Shown here: one piece after another, positions 19,839 to 29,280 of the stretch | Layout: every line of letters begins with the position of its first letter | Numbering within the stretch: the stretch's first letter is position 1 | NCBI GenBank assembly: GCA_965199715.1 | Contig: OZ241322.1 | Span: forward strand, 1,920,001-1,984,000 | Direction of reading: 5' to 3' | From: Vicinamibacteria bacterium | GTDB taxonomy: Bacteria > Acidobacteriota > Vicinamibacteria > Marinacidobacterales > Marinacidobacteraceae | DNA: 64,000 bases | The notes under the pieces: model-generated | Database searches by the model: none | Seen by the model: the letters and a program-made list of their open reading frames with translations, nothing else | What the model was told of the DNA's origin: nothing | Program-made: the position numbers and the translations under genes

Positions 19839-20798
19839 GTGATTGCTCCGAAGACATCTGACCATCTTGGCTCAGCCTGTCACGGCGTGGATGTGCGCTT
19901 GTCGGGATTCTGGGCGGTTCTCTGCATCTCGTTGTCGTGCTGTGCGCCCCCTGCGCATGAGGACCCTTCCTTGGCTCCTCCCCAGTTCTCGGCGGCGCAG
20001 CAGGATTCACTGATTGCCCAAATCCGCGCCGACACTACGCCGGCAGGCCAACTTGTGCTCGCGGCAGCAGCCGGGGATACCGAGGAGATCCTGAGCCGGC
20101 TCGCCCAAGACGTATCCGTCCGAGCGCCGAACGAGAGGGGCTGGATGCCCCTCCACGTAGCCGCGGCGTTCGGCCGAAGCGACACGATCCGGGTGCTGGT
20201 GGACCGCGGCGCCGTTGTGGATGAGCCGGACCGCCTGGGATGGAGCCCTGTCACATGGGCCGCTTGGCAAGCATCCGTCGAGGGGGTGAGCGCAATGCTC
20301 GCCCTTGGCGCGAATCCGAATGGGGCCGGTCGTGAGGGAGAAACCCCGCTTAACGTGGTGTTCAGCACATGGCACCTTGTCACGGAACTTGGCCCCGCAA
20401 GCAGTGAGGCGAGGCTTCCGGCCGCCTTCACGCCCGAAATCGGTATGGTCATCGCCCGCGCTCTTCTGGCAGCCGGTGCGGACCCGAACCAGTCCGGTTC
20501 GTCGGGGCCGCCGCTTGAATCGGCACTCTACACTTACGGTGCGGAGGCAGTCTCACTGCTCTTGGAACACGGAGCAAAACTTCGCAACGTGATGAGTGCC
20601 GGCCATTTCATAAATGGGGGAGGAAGAATCGGCCAGTTGCTTCGAACTGCTGCGAAGCGCCAGCAACTGGACCGTGACGACCTCATTCCCAATCACTCCT
20701 CCAGGAGGTCAGAACGAGGAAGGGATGGAAGACGCGGACTGTTGCTGCAGCGCTCCTTGCCGCATGGGCGTTCTCTTTCAAACCCCCTTGAACGGTAG
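19839..20798 (+). CDS. Ankyrin-repeat protein (possibly exported or lipoprotein)
   Basis: GWMPLHVAA, GWSPVTWAA, GETPL, LLAAGADPN, LLLEHGA repeats; hydrophobic Cys-containing N-terminal segment. Start uncertain. Confidence 0.85.
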   Translation: MIAPKTSDHLGSACHGVDVRLSGFWAVLCISLSCCAPPAHEDPSLAPPQFSAAQQDSLIAQIRADTTPAGQLVLAAAAGDTEEILSRLAQDVSVRAPNERGWMPLHVAAAFGRSDTIRVLVDRGAVVDEPDRLGWSPVTWAAWQASVEGVSAMLALGANPNGAGREGETPLNVVFSTWHLVTELGPASSEARLPAAFTPEIGMVIARALLAAGADPNQSGSSGPPLESALYTYGAEAVSLLLEHGAKLRNVMSAGHFINGGGRIGQLLRTAAKRQQLDRDDLIPNHSSRRSERGRDGRRGLLLQRSLPHGRSLSNPLER

Positions 20799-20824
20799 CT
20801 CAGGAGTACTGCGAGTACACTATC

Positions 20825-22042
20825 GGAAGGTCTGAATATCGCCGGGTTTCCGGCGTTGCACGCATGATTCCCGAGGCGAGACGTCAAGTCTCGGGCGATA
20901 CGAGGAATATGAAGCGCTATTCCGGGAAACGCCGGCGTCGTCCCGGCGCAACGTCCCGTGCGTTCATGCGCCCGACGCCGTGAACCGCACGGCGGGCGCA
21001 CCCGTCCCCTACGCCGGCGGCGCCCGCAACAGCGTTCGTCGCGCCGAGTACAGGTTCACCAGCGCGAACGGCGCCTTGATGTGACGCGCGTTCTTCGCGA
21101 GGCCCCGGAAGCGCGTCTTCCGGAACCCGAACACGCGCTTCAACACCAGGAACGGATGCTCCGCCCGCGCCCGCACCCGCGACTTCGTCCGGTTCCCGCG
21201 CCGCTCCTTCTCCGTGAGCGGTCGGTTCCGGGCCGCCTCGCTCAGCGTGTGGTCCTGCGCCCGAGGCGCGGCGGCCCGGATCCTCGCCTTCCGGCCCACG
21301 TACGCCTTGTCGCCCCACACCTTGGTCTCGGCCCCGTGGAGCAGCTTCCCCACGACCCGGGAGTCATGGACGTTGGCCGGGGTCACCTCCGCCGCGTGGA
21401 CGCACTTCGACCGGGAGTCCATCCCGATGTGCGCCTTCAAGCCGAAGAACCACCGGCCGCCCTTGTGCGTGCGCCCCATCTCCGGGTCCCGCTTCCGATC
21501 CCGGTTCTTCGTCGACGTGGGCGCGTCCACGATGGTCGCGTCGACCACCGTCCCGCGCCGCACCAGGACGCCCGACTTCCCGAGGCGCTCTCCGACGACC
21601 TTCAGGATCGCCTCCCCGAAGCCGCGCCGCTCGAGGAGCCCCCGGAACTTGCAGATCGTGGTCTCGTCGGGCGCCCGCTCCCGTCCGAGGTCGATCCCCG
21701 CGAACGTCCGCATGGCGCGCGAGTCGTGCAACTGCTCCTCCGCCCTGGGATCGGAGAGGTCGAACCAGCACTGCAGCAGATAGATCCGCAACATCCGCTC
21801 CAGCCCGATGGGCGGACGGCCGCGCTCCCCGGAGGGATACACGGGCTCGATCAGGTTGACCAGCTCGTCCCACGGGACGATCCGATCCATCTCCTCAAGA
21901 AACAGATCTCGCCGCGTCTTCTTCCGGAAACGATCGAACCCCACCGTCGCGGATGTCCGCCGCCGCATCACCGTAACCTCCGGAAGAAACGAACATCGGC
22001 ACTTTACCAGTGATCCGGTGTTGCGAATAAATCAGACCTTCC
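20825..22042 (-). mobile_element. IS5-family insertion sequence (1218 bp)
   Basis: Terminal inverted repeats GGAAGGTCTGA at 20825 and TCAGACCTTCC ending at 22042 resemble IS5 ends and enclose one transposase gene. Confidence 0.92.
21009..21971 (-). CDS. IS5-family DDE transposase
   Basis: TRRDLFLEEMD.IVPW, GRPP..LERMLRIY, PDETTI, and a DDE triad in VDATIV / GDKAY / RARAEHPF. Confidence 0.95.
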   Translation of the reverse strand: MMRRRTSATVGFDRFRKKTRRDLFLEEMDRIVPWDELVNLIEPVYPSGERGRPPIGLERMLRIYLLQCWFDLSDPRAEEQLHDSRAMRTFAGIDLGRERAPDETTICKFRGLLERRGFGEAILKVVGERLGKSGVLVRRGTVVDATIVDAPTSTKNRDRKRDPEMGRTHKGGRWFFGLKAHIGMDSRSKCVHAAEVTPANVHDSRVVGKLLHGAETKVWGDKAYVGRKARIRAAAPRAQDHTLSEAARNRPLTEKERRGNRTKSRVRARAEHPFLVLKRVFGFRKTRFRGLAKNARHIKAPFALVNLYSARRTLLRAPPA

Positions 22043-22680
22043 GTCAGTATGTTGCGACGGGCACTGCATCTGATGCGGAGGGAAGGATAGTTGTGGCTCC
22101 TTGTCCAATGCCGACATGACTGGGTTGTTCGAAGGGTTTATGTTGCTTTTGCGATATGGAGCGATATGAATCCGTCATTTGTATACGATGCATTTACCGG
22201 ACATGTGCCCGAATTTGCGCAGCAAGCGGTTTCGCGTGAACTACCGGACCCAGAACGGCTTGGCGAAATGTGGTGTTCGCTCCGTTCGCCGAGAGTGAGA
22301 TTTCCAATGTAGGGCAACGCAGGGAGAAATGACATGGTCGGTCGGTTCTGGGATGTCACGCCATTCGGAGCGCGTCATTGGCGGTAAGGCCGACATCTAA
22401 CCGATCATGGGTGATGGATTACGAAGAGCGATGCGCTTGGCATAGCCCAAGCGATAGGATCAGCCCACGTTCGCCAAGCGAGCCTCCGACGATGGGCGGA
22501 GTACTCTCGCGGGGAATCAGGCCGTCTTCACGCTGGTGCCGATTGGATGCCTGACGCGTCCAGGACATGGTGAAAGGGCAAGGGCGTGCGGTGAGTGCGC
22601 GGCCTTGGGGATGACTCGCCGCTGCGGCTCGCGATGCTGCCCGATCCATCTCGGCAGCGGCTGGGACGAGCGTTGCGATC

Positions 22681-24918
22681 GTGGGTCTTCTCGCCGTAGC
22701 GGGCGCGGCATGGCTCGCAGCGAACGGCGTGTGGGATCGAGTTATCAGGCACCCGCTGGCTTTTCCAGACGCGGATGAGCTTGTGGAAATCATGGTGGAA
22801 CGAGTGGCGCCCGGGGGAGTGCCCGTGCTGTTTGAGCGGGAGATACGGTTTCTTTCGGAGAGATCTGGCTCGTTTCGATCCCTTCATGTCTGGAAGCCTG
22901 GCCGACACGTGCTGGAGACGGACCCGGGCACGCGGGCGCTCCGGGCCGCCAGCGTGGACCCGGGGTTGCCTGACAGCTTGGGCGTAAATCCGGCGTTCGG
23001 TCGGCTGTTTCGCCCGGAAGACCACCAGTTGGCTGCATCGGGCGATTACGGCGTGGTGCTCGGCTGGCGACTGGCTCGGGACGTGTTCGGCGATTCCGCC
23101 GAAGCTGTGGGTCGGCACCTCCGACTGGACGGAGTTGAGCATCGCGTGCTCGGGGTCATGCCGGAACGCTTCGTTTTTCCTCGGCCCGGCTTCGTCGCGT
23201 GGACGCCGGCGCCGCCCCGGGAGCTCCCGAACGAAGGGCGGATCACCCTGCGTTCGGCTGTTTCCGTCGGACGTCTCGCACCGGGCGTTTCGGCTGCGGC
23301 TGCTGCCGCCGAGCTCACGGTGCTGCTGCCTCAAGCGAGAGTGCCTCTTCGTCCCGAACGAGACTTGGGTCTGCGCCGACTCTCCGAACAGGTCACCGCC
23401 GGCTATCGCCCGGCTCTGACGGCGATCCGACTCGGGAGTGTGATGCTGCTTCTGCTGGGTGTCGTTGCGGCCGTCATCCTCACCGCCGAGCGGACGAGAC
23501 GCAGCCGTCACGCCGCGTTCGTGCGGCGGGCTCTTGGAGGAAGCCTCGCGGACGAGGTGGTCGCCGCCGCCTTCCGAGCTCTCCTGATGAGCGGGGCCGT
23601 GGTCGGGTTGGCGGTTGTCCTTGTGGCGGCGCTTGCGCCGCTGTTCGGCGCTGCTTCAAGTCGTCTTGGAGCGGCGACACCGGTCCGGTTCTCCGTCGCG
23701 CCCGAGGCGGTGCTTGGCGTTCTCGCGGTCCTCGGAGTCGCTAAGTTTCTTACTGTGCCCATGCTGGGGGCTGGCGCTCGCGACCGGACGTTCGCTACCG
23801 CGTGGATAGGGATTGCGGTGGCTGGGGCAACCGTGGTCGGCTCCGCGACAGCCGTGCTGGCGTCCGGCGCGCTCCGCGTCATGAGCGGGGACGGGGTCTA
23901 TCCGGGGCGCAATCTCGTACACATGACGGTGGACTTCGGTAGGGGAGTCGTCATGGCGCCACCTGGTGAAACACTGCAGCGGCTTGTGGCGCGCCTCGCC
24001 TTGATCCCAAAGGTGGAATCGGTGAGCTTCGTGGACCGACTTCCCGAAATGGCCGGGAGCAGCTTTCTGGATGGTGCCGACATTGACGGGAACGCCAACT
24101 CCCGAGTCGTGGTGCATGCCGTGCACCATGAGTTGTTTCGTGCACTCGGCTTGGAGGTGACTCACGGCCGTGGGCTCCTGCCGTCGGACGGGCCGCCGGC
24201 GGAACCCGTGGCTTTGGCGGACGCGGCGCTTGCCCGCCGCCTCAGCGGCGATCCGCTCGGGGCCGTGATCCGCTCGGAGTCCGAGTACCATCGCATCGTC
24301 GGGGTGGTCCCCGAGACCCGCAGCCGCGGCCCCGCCCCCTTCGCGGTGGAGGGTGCCATGTTTGTTCCCTATGGCGGTTCTCGTCACTTCACGCCGCCCG
24401 TTACGGAAGTCGTCGCACGGTTACGGGAAACGCCTGCCCCGGAGTCGCTGCTCGCGCTCCGGAACGCGGCGCTCACTGTGAGCCCCGCTTTGCGCGTTCT
24501 GAAGGTGGAGACGGCGGCCCTTCGCCGTGCCTCGCAGCTTGGCGCCGACGCGATCGCAACGCTGGCCATTGTCGTTTTCGGCATCTCCGGGCTCCTGCTC
24601 GCCGTCGGTAGCGTCGTGGGTCAGGTCCATGGCGATCTCCGGCGGCGGGGCCGTGAATTCGCAATCCGGCAGGCGGTTGGCGCGGCTCCGATCCGCATCC
24701 ATTGGGAGGCTGCACGACCGGTTCTGTTGGCCGCGGGAGTTGGAGCCGCGTTCGGTGTACTTCTCTCCTGGCTTGGCCTTCCCGTTCTCGGGGCCCACTT
24801 CCTCTGGCTCGAGGAGCCCTCCGCGTACCTCGTCTTGCTCGCGGGAGCCGTCGTCGCCCTGAGCGCGGGGCTCGCCGCGTGGCCGCCGCGTCCGCCCCGC
24901 AGACTGGTCATCCGATGA
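22681..24918 (+). CDS. MacB/FtsX-like duplicated orphan ABC permease (ADOP-like)
   Basis: PLAFPDADELV, LGVNPAFGRLF, VLGVMPERF.FP, then a second repeat with GRGL, IVGVV and RGREFAIRQAVGA. No ATPase gene adjacent. Confidence 0.8.
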   Translation: MGLLAVAGAAWLAANGVWDRVIRHPLAFPDADELVEIMVERVAPGGVPVLFEREIRFLSERSGSFRSLHVWKPGRHVLETDPGTRALRAASVDPGLPDSLGVNPAFGRLFRPEDHQLAASGDYGVVLGWRLARDVFGDSAEAVGRHLRLDGVEHRVLGVMPERFVFPRPGFVAWTPAPPRELPNEGRITLRSAVSVGRLAPGVSAAAAAAELTVLLPQARVPLRPERDLGLRRLSEQVTAGYRPALTAIRLGSVMLLLLGVVAAVILTAERTRRSRHAAFVRRALGGSLADEVVAAAFRALLMSGAVVGLAVVLVAALAPLFGAASSRLGAATPVRFSVAPEAVLGVLAVLGVAKFLTVPMLGAGARDRTFATAWIGIAVAGATVVGSATAVLASGALRVMSGDGVYPGRNLVHMTVDFGRGVVMAPPGETLQRLVARLALIPKVESVSFVDRLPEMAGSSFLDGADIDGNANSRVVVHAVHHELFRALGLEVTHGRGLLPSDGPPAEPVALADAALARRLSGDPLGAVIRSESEYHRIVGVVPETRSRGPAPFAVEGAMFVPYGGSRHFTPPVTEVVARLRETPAPESLLALRNAALTVSPALRVLKVETAALRRASQLGADAIATLAIVVFGISGLLLAVGSVVGQVHGDLRRRGREFAIRQAVGAAPIRIHWEAARPVLLAAGVGAAFGVLLSWLGLPVLGAHFLWLEEPSAYLVLLAGAVVALSAGLAAWPPRPPRRLVIR

Positions 24919-25004
24919 GTCGGTGGCGCAGGGTTCTCTTGACGGCCCGCGACTTTCGCCGGGCGTCGAATACACCACGCCGGGGGCGGACATAGACTGC
25001 GGCC

Positions 25005-27842
25005 ATGCGTCTCGTCCGCCTCCTCGCGCTCCTCCTCGCTGCGGCCCCGGCTCTGGCGCAGGTCACCGTCACCGAGGGCGTCCTCACGTTCCCGACCTAC
25101 GCGCTGCTGCCGGACGACCCCAATCCCCAGTTCCGGGAGACCGACGGCTCCATCGTGTACCCGTACACGATGCAGGACAACCTCGGGTCGGTGCGCGCCG
25201 ACCGGGAATGGCGGGCGTTCTTCCTTGAGAACGAATATCTGAAGGTCGCCGTGCTGCCCGAGATCGGCGGGCGCATCCAGTGGGTGCTGGACAAGCGCCG
25301 CAACGAGCAGATGTTCTACAACAACCGGGTCATCAAGCCCGGCCTGATCGCGCTGCGGGGAGCGTGGATCTCGGGCGGCGTCGAGTGGAACCGGGGACCG
25401 CAGGGCCACACGGTGACGAGCTTCTCGCCAGTGAACGTGGCCGGGGTCCGGAACCCGGACGGCTCCGCCACACTTGTCATCGGCGAGATCGAGCAGAACT
25501 TCCGCACTGGCTGGGAGGTGCGCCTGACGCTCCGCCCCGGCGTGGCCCGGCTGGATCAGGAAATCAGCATCTTCAATCCGACCGAACTGCCGCATCCCTA
25601 CTACTTCTGGAACAACACGGCGTTCCCGCAGCGCGACGGAACCCGGTTCCTCTATCCCATGTCCCTCGCCACCGACCACTTCGGGACCAGCTTCTACCGC
25701 TTCCCCGAGGACGACGGCGTGGACCTGACGCGGCTGCCGAACTACCCGGAGCCCACGTCGATCTTCGCCTTCCACGCGGTCCACGACTTCTTCGGGGCCT
25801 ACGACTCGGGGGCCGACCGGGGGATCGTCCAGACTGCCGACCATCGGGAGCTTCCCGGCAAGAAGGGCTGGACGTGGGGGCAAGGGGACGACGGGATGTG
25901 GAACCAGCGCGCCCTGACCGACGAGGACGGCGCGTACATCGAGGTCCAGAGCGGGCCGCTGCCCACCCAGAGCGACTACGCATGGCTCACTCCGGGGCAG
26001 ACCGTCTCGTGGGAGGAGCAGTGGGCCCCGGTGTTCGGCCTCGGCGAGGGATTCGAGTTCGCGACTCCCGAGCTCGTGGTCGAGCGCGTCGGGGGACGGT
26101 TCCTCTTTCTGGCAGCCCGCACGTACCAAGGGGCCGCGGTTCGTCTCGCCGGGGCCGATCGGAACCACGAGGCCGTCCTTGACCTGACTCCCGGAGCCGT
26201 CGTCGCCGTGGAGTGGCCCGGCTCTCCCGGGGATTCGGTGGAGGTGCACGTCAGCGCGGCCGGCGCGGAGCTGCTCCGCTACCGCTCGCCGCTGGAGGTG
26301 CCCCGCCGGGACCCGCCGGAGCTCGTGAATCCGGGCGACCCCACGAGCGCGGAGGATCTCTTCCAGCGCGGCGAGCGGGCCGACAAGGATCTCGACCGCG
26401 CTGCCGCCCGGAGCCTCTACGGGCAGTCGCTCGCGCTCGCGCCGGAACACCCCGGAGCGGCCGTCGGACTGGCGGTGCTGGACCTCAAGGCGGGTCGCTA
26501 TCGGGAAGCCCTCGACCGCCTTGAGCGCGTGGCCGCCGCGGATCCGGAGAACGGCCCGGCGCGCCTTTATGGCGGCGTGGCGCGGCTCGGGCTCGGCGAC
26601 CTATCGGGGGCGCTCGACTCGGCATACGCGGCGACCAGGCTCGGCGGCGTGGAGCTTCCGGCGTGGCGTCTCGTCGGGCGCATCCGGATGCGCATGGGTT
26701 CGCCCGAGCTCGCGATCCCGGCGCTTCGGCGCGGGCACAGCTCGCTCCTTCCGGTCGCGCATCTCGCCGCCGGGGATTCCGAAACGGCGCTGCGGCTCGC
26801 CGGAGCAGCGATCGACCGGGGCACCGTGGACCTCATTCCGTGGGCCGTGCGGGCGCTCGCCGGGGAGGATCCGGCGGGAGCGGCGCGGGCGATGACCGCG
26901 CTTGCGGGCGAGCCGGAGTTCGCCTTCACCGAACTGTTCGTCGCGCTCGACGGCCTCGGTCAGCCGGAGATGGCACTTGACGTGCTGGACGCGCTCCGCG
27001 AGCACGGGGGCTTCCAGCCCGGTCCGGTGCTCGCGTTCCACGCCGGATGGGACGAAGCGGCGCTCGCCGCTCCGCTCGACTACGCCTTTCCGTCACGCCC
27101 GGAGTCGATTCCGGTGCTGGAGGCGGCCGCCGCTCGTCATCCGGACGCCGCCGCCCCCCGACTGCTCCTCGGGCATCTCTTTGCCGGGCTCGGGCGCTAC
27201 GACGAAGCGGTTCCCGCATGGGAGGCCGCCGCCGAGCGTGACCCGGGGCTCTCCACCGCGCACCGGGCGCTGGCGATGGTCCATTGGAAGGTGGAGGAGC
27301 GTCCCGCGGCCGCCGAGAGCCGCTTCCGCAGGGCGCTCGCTGCGCGTTCCGACGACCAGACGCTCGCCCGGGACCTCGCCCGCTTCCTCCTTGACGAGGG
27401 CCGTCCCGGCGACGCGATCCCGATACTCGAGGACATTCCCGCCGAGACGCGCCGCCACGACGTGACCGTCGAGATCGCCCGCGCGCTCAACGCCGCCGGG
27501 CGCTTCGCCGACACGGTGGCCACGCTCGGGACGACGCGGGTCAACTTCCGGGAGGGCGACGCCACGGTCTGGCGGCTCTACTCCCGCGCCCACATCGAAC
27601 TCGGCCGCGCCGCCGACGATCCGGAAACCGCCCTCGGCCACTTCGACCGGGCGCTGACCTATCCCGAGAATCTCGGCGTGGGCCGCCCGCACCGTCCGAC
27701 CGAGGCCCGTGCGCTGTTCCATCGTGCCCAGACGCTCCGGGCGCTCGGTCGGGAGAGTGAAGCCGCGGACGCGATGGCCGCCTGCGCCGGGAGCCACCCG
27801 CTCGACGACGAGCAGGCGCACTTCATCGCGCTTTGCCGTTGA
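25005..27842 (+). CDS. DUF5107 domain protein with TPR repeats
   Basis: YPYT...LENEYLKVAVLPEIGGRI, FYNNRVIKPGLIALRGAWISGGVEWN, YFWNN, GKKGWTWG, YIEVQSG; TPR-like C-terminal half. Confidence 0.88.
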   Translation: MRLVRLLALLLAAAPALAQVTVTEGVLTFPTYALLPDDPNPQFRETDGSIVYPYTMQDNLGSVRADREWRAFFLENEYLKVAVLPEIGGRIQWVLDKRRNEQMFYNNRVIKPGLIALRGAWISGGVEWNRGPQGHTVTSFSPVNVAGVRNPDGSATLVIGEIEQNFRTGWEVRLTLRPGVARLDQEISIFNPTELPHPYYFWNNTAFPQRDGTRFLYPMSLATDHFGTSFYRFPEDDGVDLTRLPNYPEPTSIFAFHAVHDFFGAYDSGADRGIVQTADHRELPGKKGWTWGQGDDGMWNQRALTDEDGAYIEVQSGPLPTQSDYAWLTPGQTVSWEEQWAPVFGLGEGFEFATPELVVERVGGRFLFLAARTYQGAAVRLAGADRNHEAVLDLTPGAVVAVEWPGSPGDSVEVHVSAAGAELLRYRSPLEVPRRDPPELVNPGDPTSAEDLFQRGERADKDLDRAAARSLYGQSLALAPEHPGAAVGLAVLDLKAGRYREALDRLERVAAADPENGPARLYGGVARLGLGDLSGALDSAYAATRLGGVELPAWRLVGRIRMRMGSPELAIPALRRGHSSLLPVAHLAAGDSETALRLAGAAIDRGTVDLIPWAVRALAGEDPAGAARAMTALAGEPEFAFTELFVALDGLGQPEMALDVLDALREHGGFQPGPVLAFHAGWDEAALAAPLDYAFPSRPESIPVLEAAAARHPDAAAPRLLLGHLFAGLGRYDEAVPAWEAAAERDPGLSTAHRALAMVHWKVEERPAAAESRFRRALAARSDDQTLARDLARFLLDEGRPGDAIPILEDIPAETRRHDVTVEIARALNAAGRFADTVATLGTTRVNFREGDATVWRLYSRAHIELGRAADDPETALGHFDRALTYPENLGVGRPHRPTEARALFHRAQTLRALGRESEAADAMAACAGSHPLDDEQAHFIALCR

Positions 27843-28314
27843 GTTCCTTCGGGCGGACGACTTCCTCGAGGCGACCGTCCGCGGCGAGCGCGTCCCACGA
27901 GGGCGTCGCGACGACGGCGAGCGCCGCGGTGGGGAACGGGTCCCACGCGCCGGCCAACCGGGCCACCAAGTCCTCCATGCCGGGGTTGTGGGCGACGACG
28001 AGCAGCGGCGACGTTCCGCCGAGATCCTCGACTACCGCGAGGATCTCGCCGGGGCTCGCTCCGTAGAGCTCGGGGACGAGCCGCAGCGCGTCCGGGGACG
28101 CCTCGGCGGCCCCGAGCGCGAGGCGGGCGGTCTCCCGCGCCCGCACCGCGGTAGAGGCGAGCGCCGCCCCTGGAACCAGCCCGTTTTCCCGGAGCAGGCG
28201 GCCCATGCGGGGGGCGGCGCGGAGGCCCCGGGGAGCCAGCGGGCGGTCGTGGTCCCGAAGGCCGGGGTGATCCCAGTCCGACTTGGCGTGCCGCAGCAGG
28301 AGCAGGCGGCGCAC
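27823..28314 (-). CDS. SixA-like histidine phosphatase
   Basis: LLLRHAKSDW, DHDRPL..RG, STAVRARET, VAHNPG. Confidence 0.88.
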   Translation of the reverse strand: MRRLLLLRHAKSDWDHPGLRDHDRPLAPRGLRAAPRMGRLLRENGLVPGAALASTAVRARETARLALGAAEASPDALRLVPELYGASPGEILAVVEDLGGTSPLLVVAHNPGMEDLVARLAGAWDPFPTAALAVVATPSWDALAADGRLEEVVRPKELNGKAR

Positions 28315-29280
28315 TCAGCGTTCGGCGACCGAGTTCGCGCCGCCGAGGATCCGCGCATACACCGCGGGATCCACGTTCCCGCCGGTGATCACGACGATCA
28401 CGTCCTTCCCGGCGAAGCGGTCCGGCTCGGTCAGGAGCGCCCCGATCCCGAGCGCCCCGGTCGGCTCCGCCTTCAGATTGGCCTCGCCGAACAGCCGCCG
28501 CACGCCCTCGGCGATGTTCCATTCGGGAACTTCCACGATGCCGGAAAGGCCGTCCCGGAGGATCGCCCAGTTGTTGGACCCGAGTCGGGGGAGCCGCGCC
28601 CCGTCGGCCAGCGAGAGCGCCTCTCCAGTGTGGCTACACAGTTCACCCCGGCGAAGCGACTCGGCGGCGTCGTTCGCAAGCAGCGGCTCGGCTCCGACCA
28701 CCGGTACGGCCCCGAACCCGGCGCGACGCAACCCGAGCACCATCCCGGAACTGATCCCGCCGCCGCCGATCGGAACCACGACGATGGTCCGCTCCACCCG
28801 CTCGGGGCTGCGCCCGCGCAGGCGGGCGGCGATCTCGGTTCCGAGGGTGGCGTTGCCGGCGATGACTTCCGGGTCGTCGTAGGCGCTCGCGACCTCGGCC
28901 CCCGGCGTGCCTTGAAGGAGCCGGGCCACCCGGTCGTCCCGGGACTCCTTCGTGACGTCGGTGAGTACGACCCGCGCCCCGTGGCTGCGCACGGCGTCCA
29001 CCTTGACGGCGGCCGAGGTCGTGGGCATCACGACGGTCGCCCGTTTCCCGAGGAGGCGGCACGCGAGCGCCAGCGCCTGCCCGAAGTTCCCCGAAGACGC
29101 CGCCAGAAGCTCGGTCGCCGAGGTGGAACGCGCCCGGTGCAGCGCGGCGCGGAACTTGAAGCTGCCCGTCCGTTGGAACGTCTCGGACGCGAGCGTGAGG
29201 TCGCAGCCGAGCCGGAGCTTCTCCGGCCGGAGCCACGTGGTGGGCCGGGCCGCCCGGGGCCGGTCGGGAATCGGAATCAT
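28315..29280 (-). CDS. PLP-dependent threonine/serine dehydratase family protein
   Basis: ETFQRTGSFKFR (PLP lysine), SSGNFGQA, PIGGGG, EPTGA, TGGNVD. Confidence 0.9.
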   Translation of the reverse strand: MIPIPDRPRAARPTTWLRPEKLRLGCDLTLASETFQRTGSFKFRAALHRARSTSATELLAASSGNFGQALALACRLLGKRATVVMPTTSAAVKVDAVRSHGARVVLTDVTKESRDDRVARLLQGTPGAEVASAYDDPEVIAGNATLGTEIAARLRGRSPERVERTIVVVPIGGGGISSGMVLGLRRAGFGAVPVVGAEPLLANDAAESLRRGELCSHTGEALSLADGARLPRLGSNNWAILRDGLSGIVEVPEWNIAEGVRRLFGEANLKAEPTGALGIGALLTEPDRFAGKDVIVVITGGNVDPAVYARILGGANSVAER

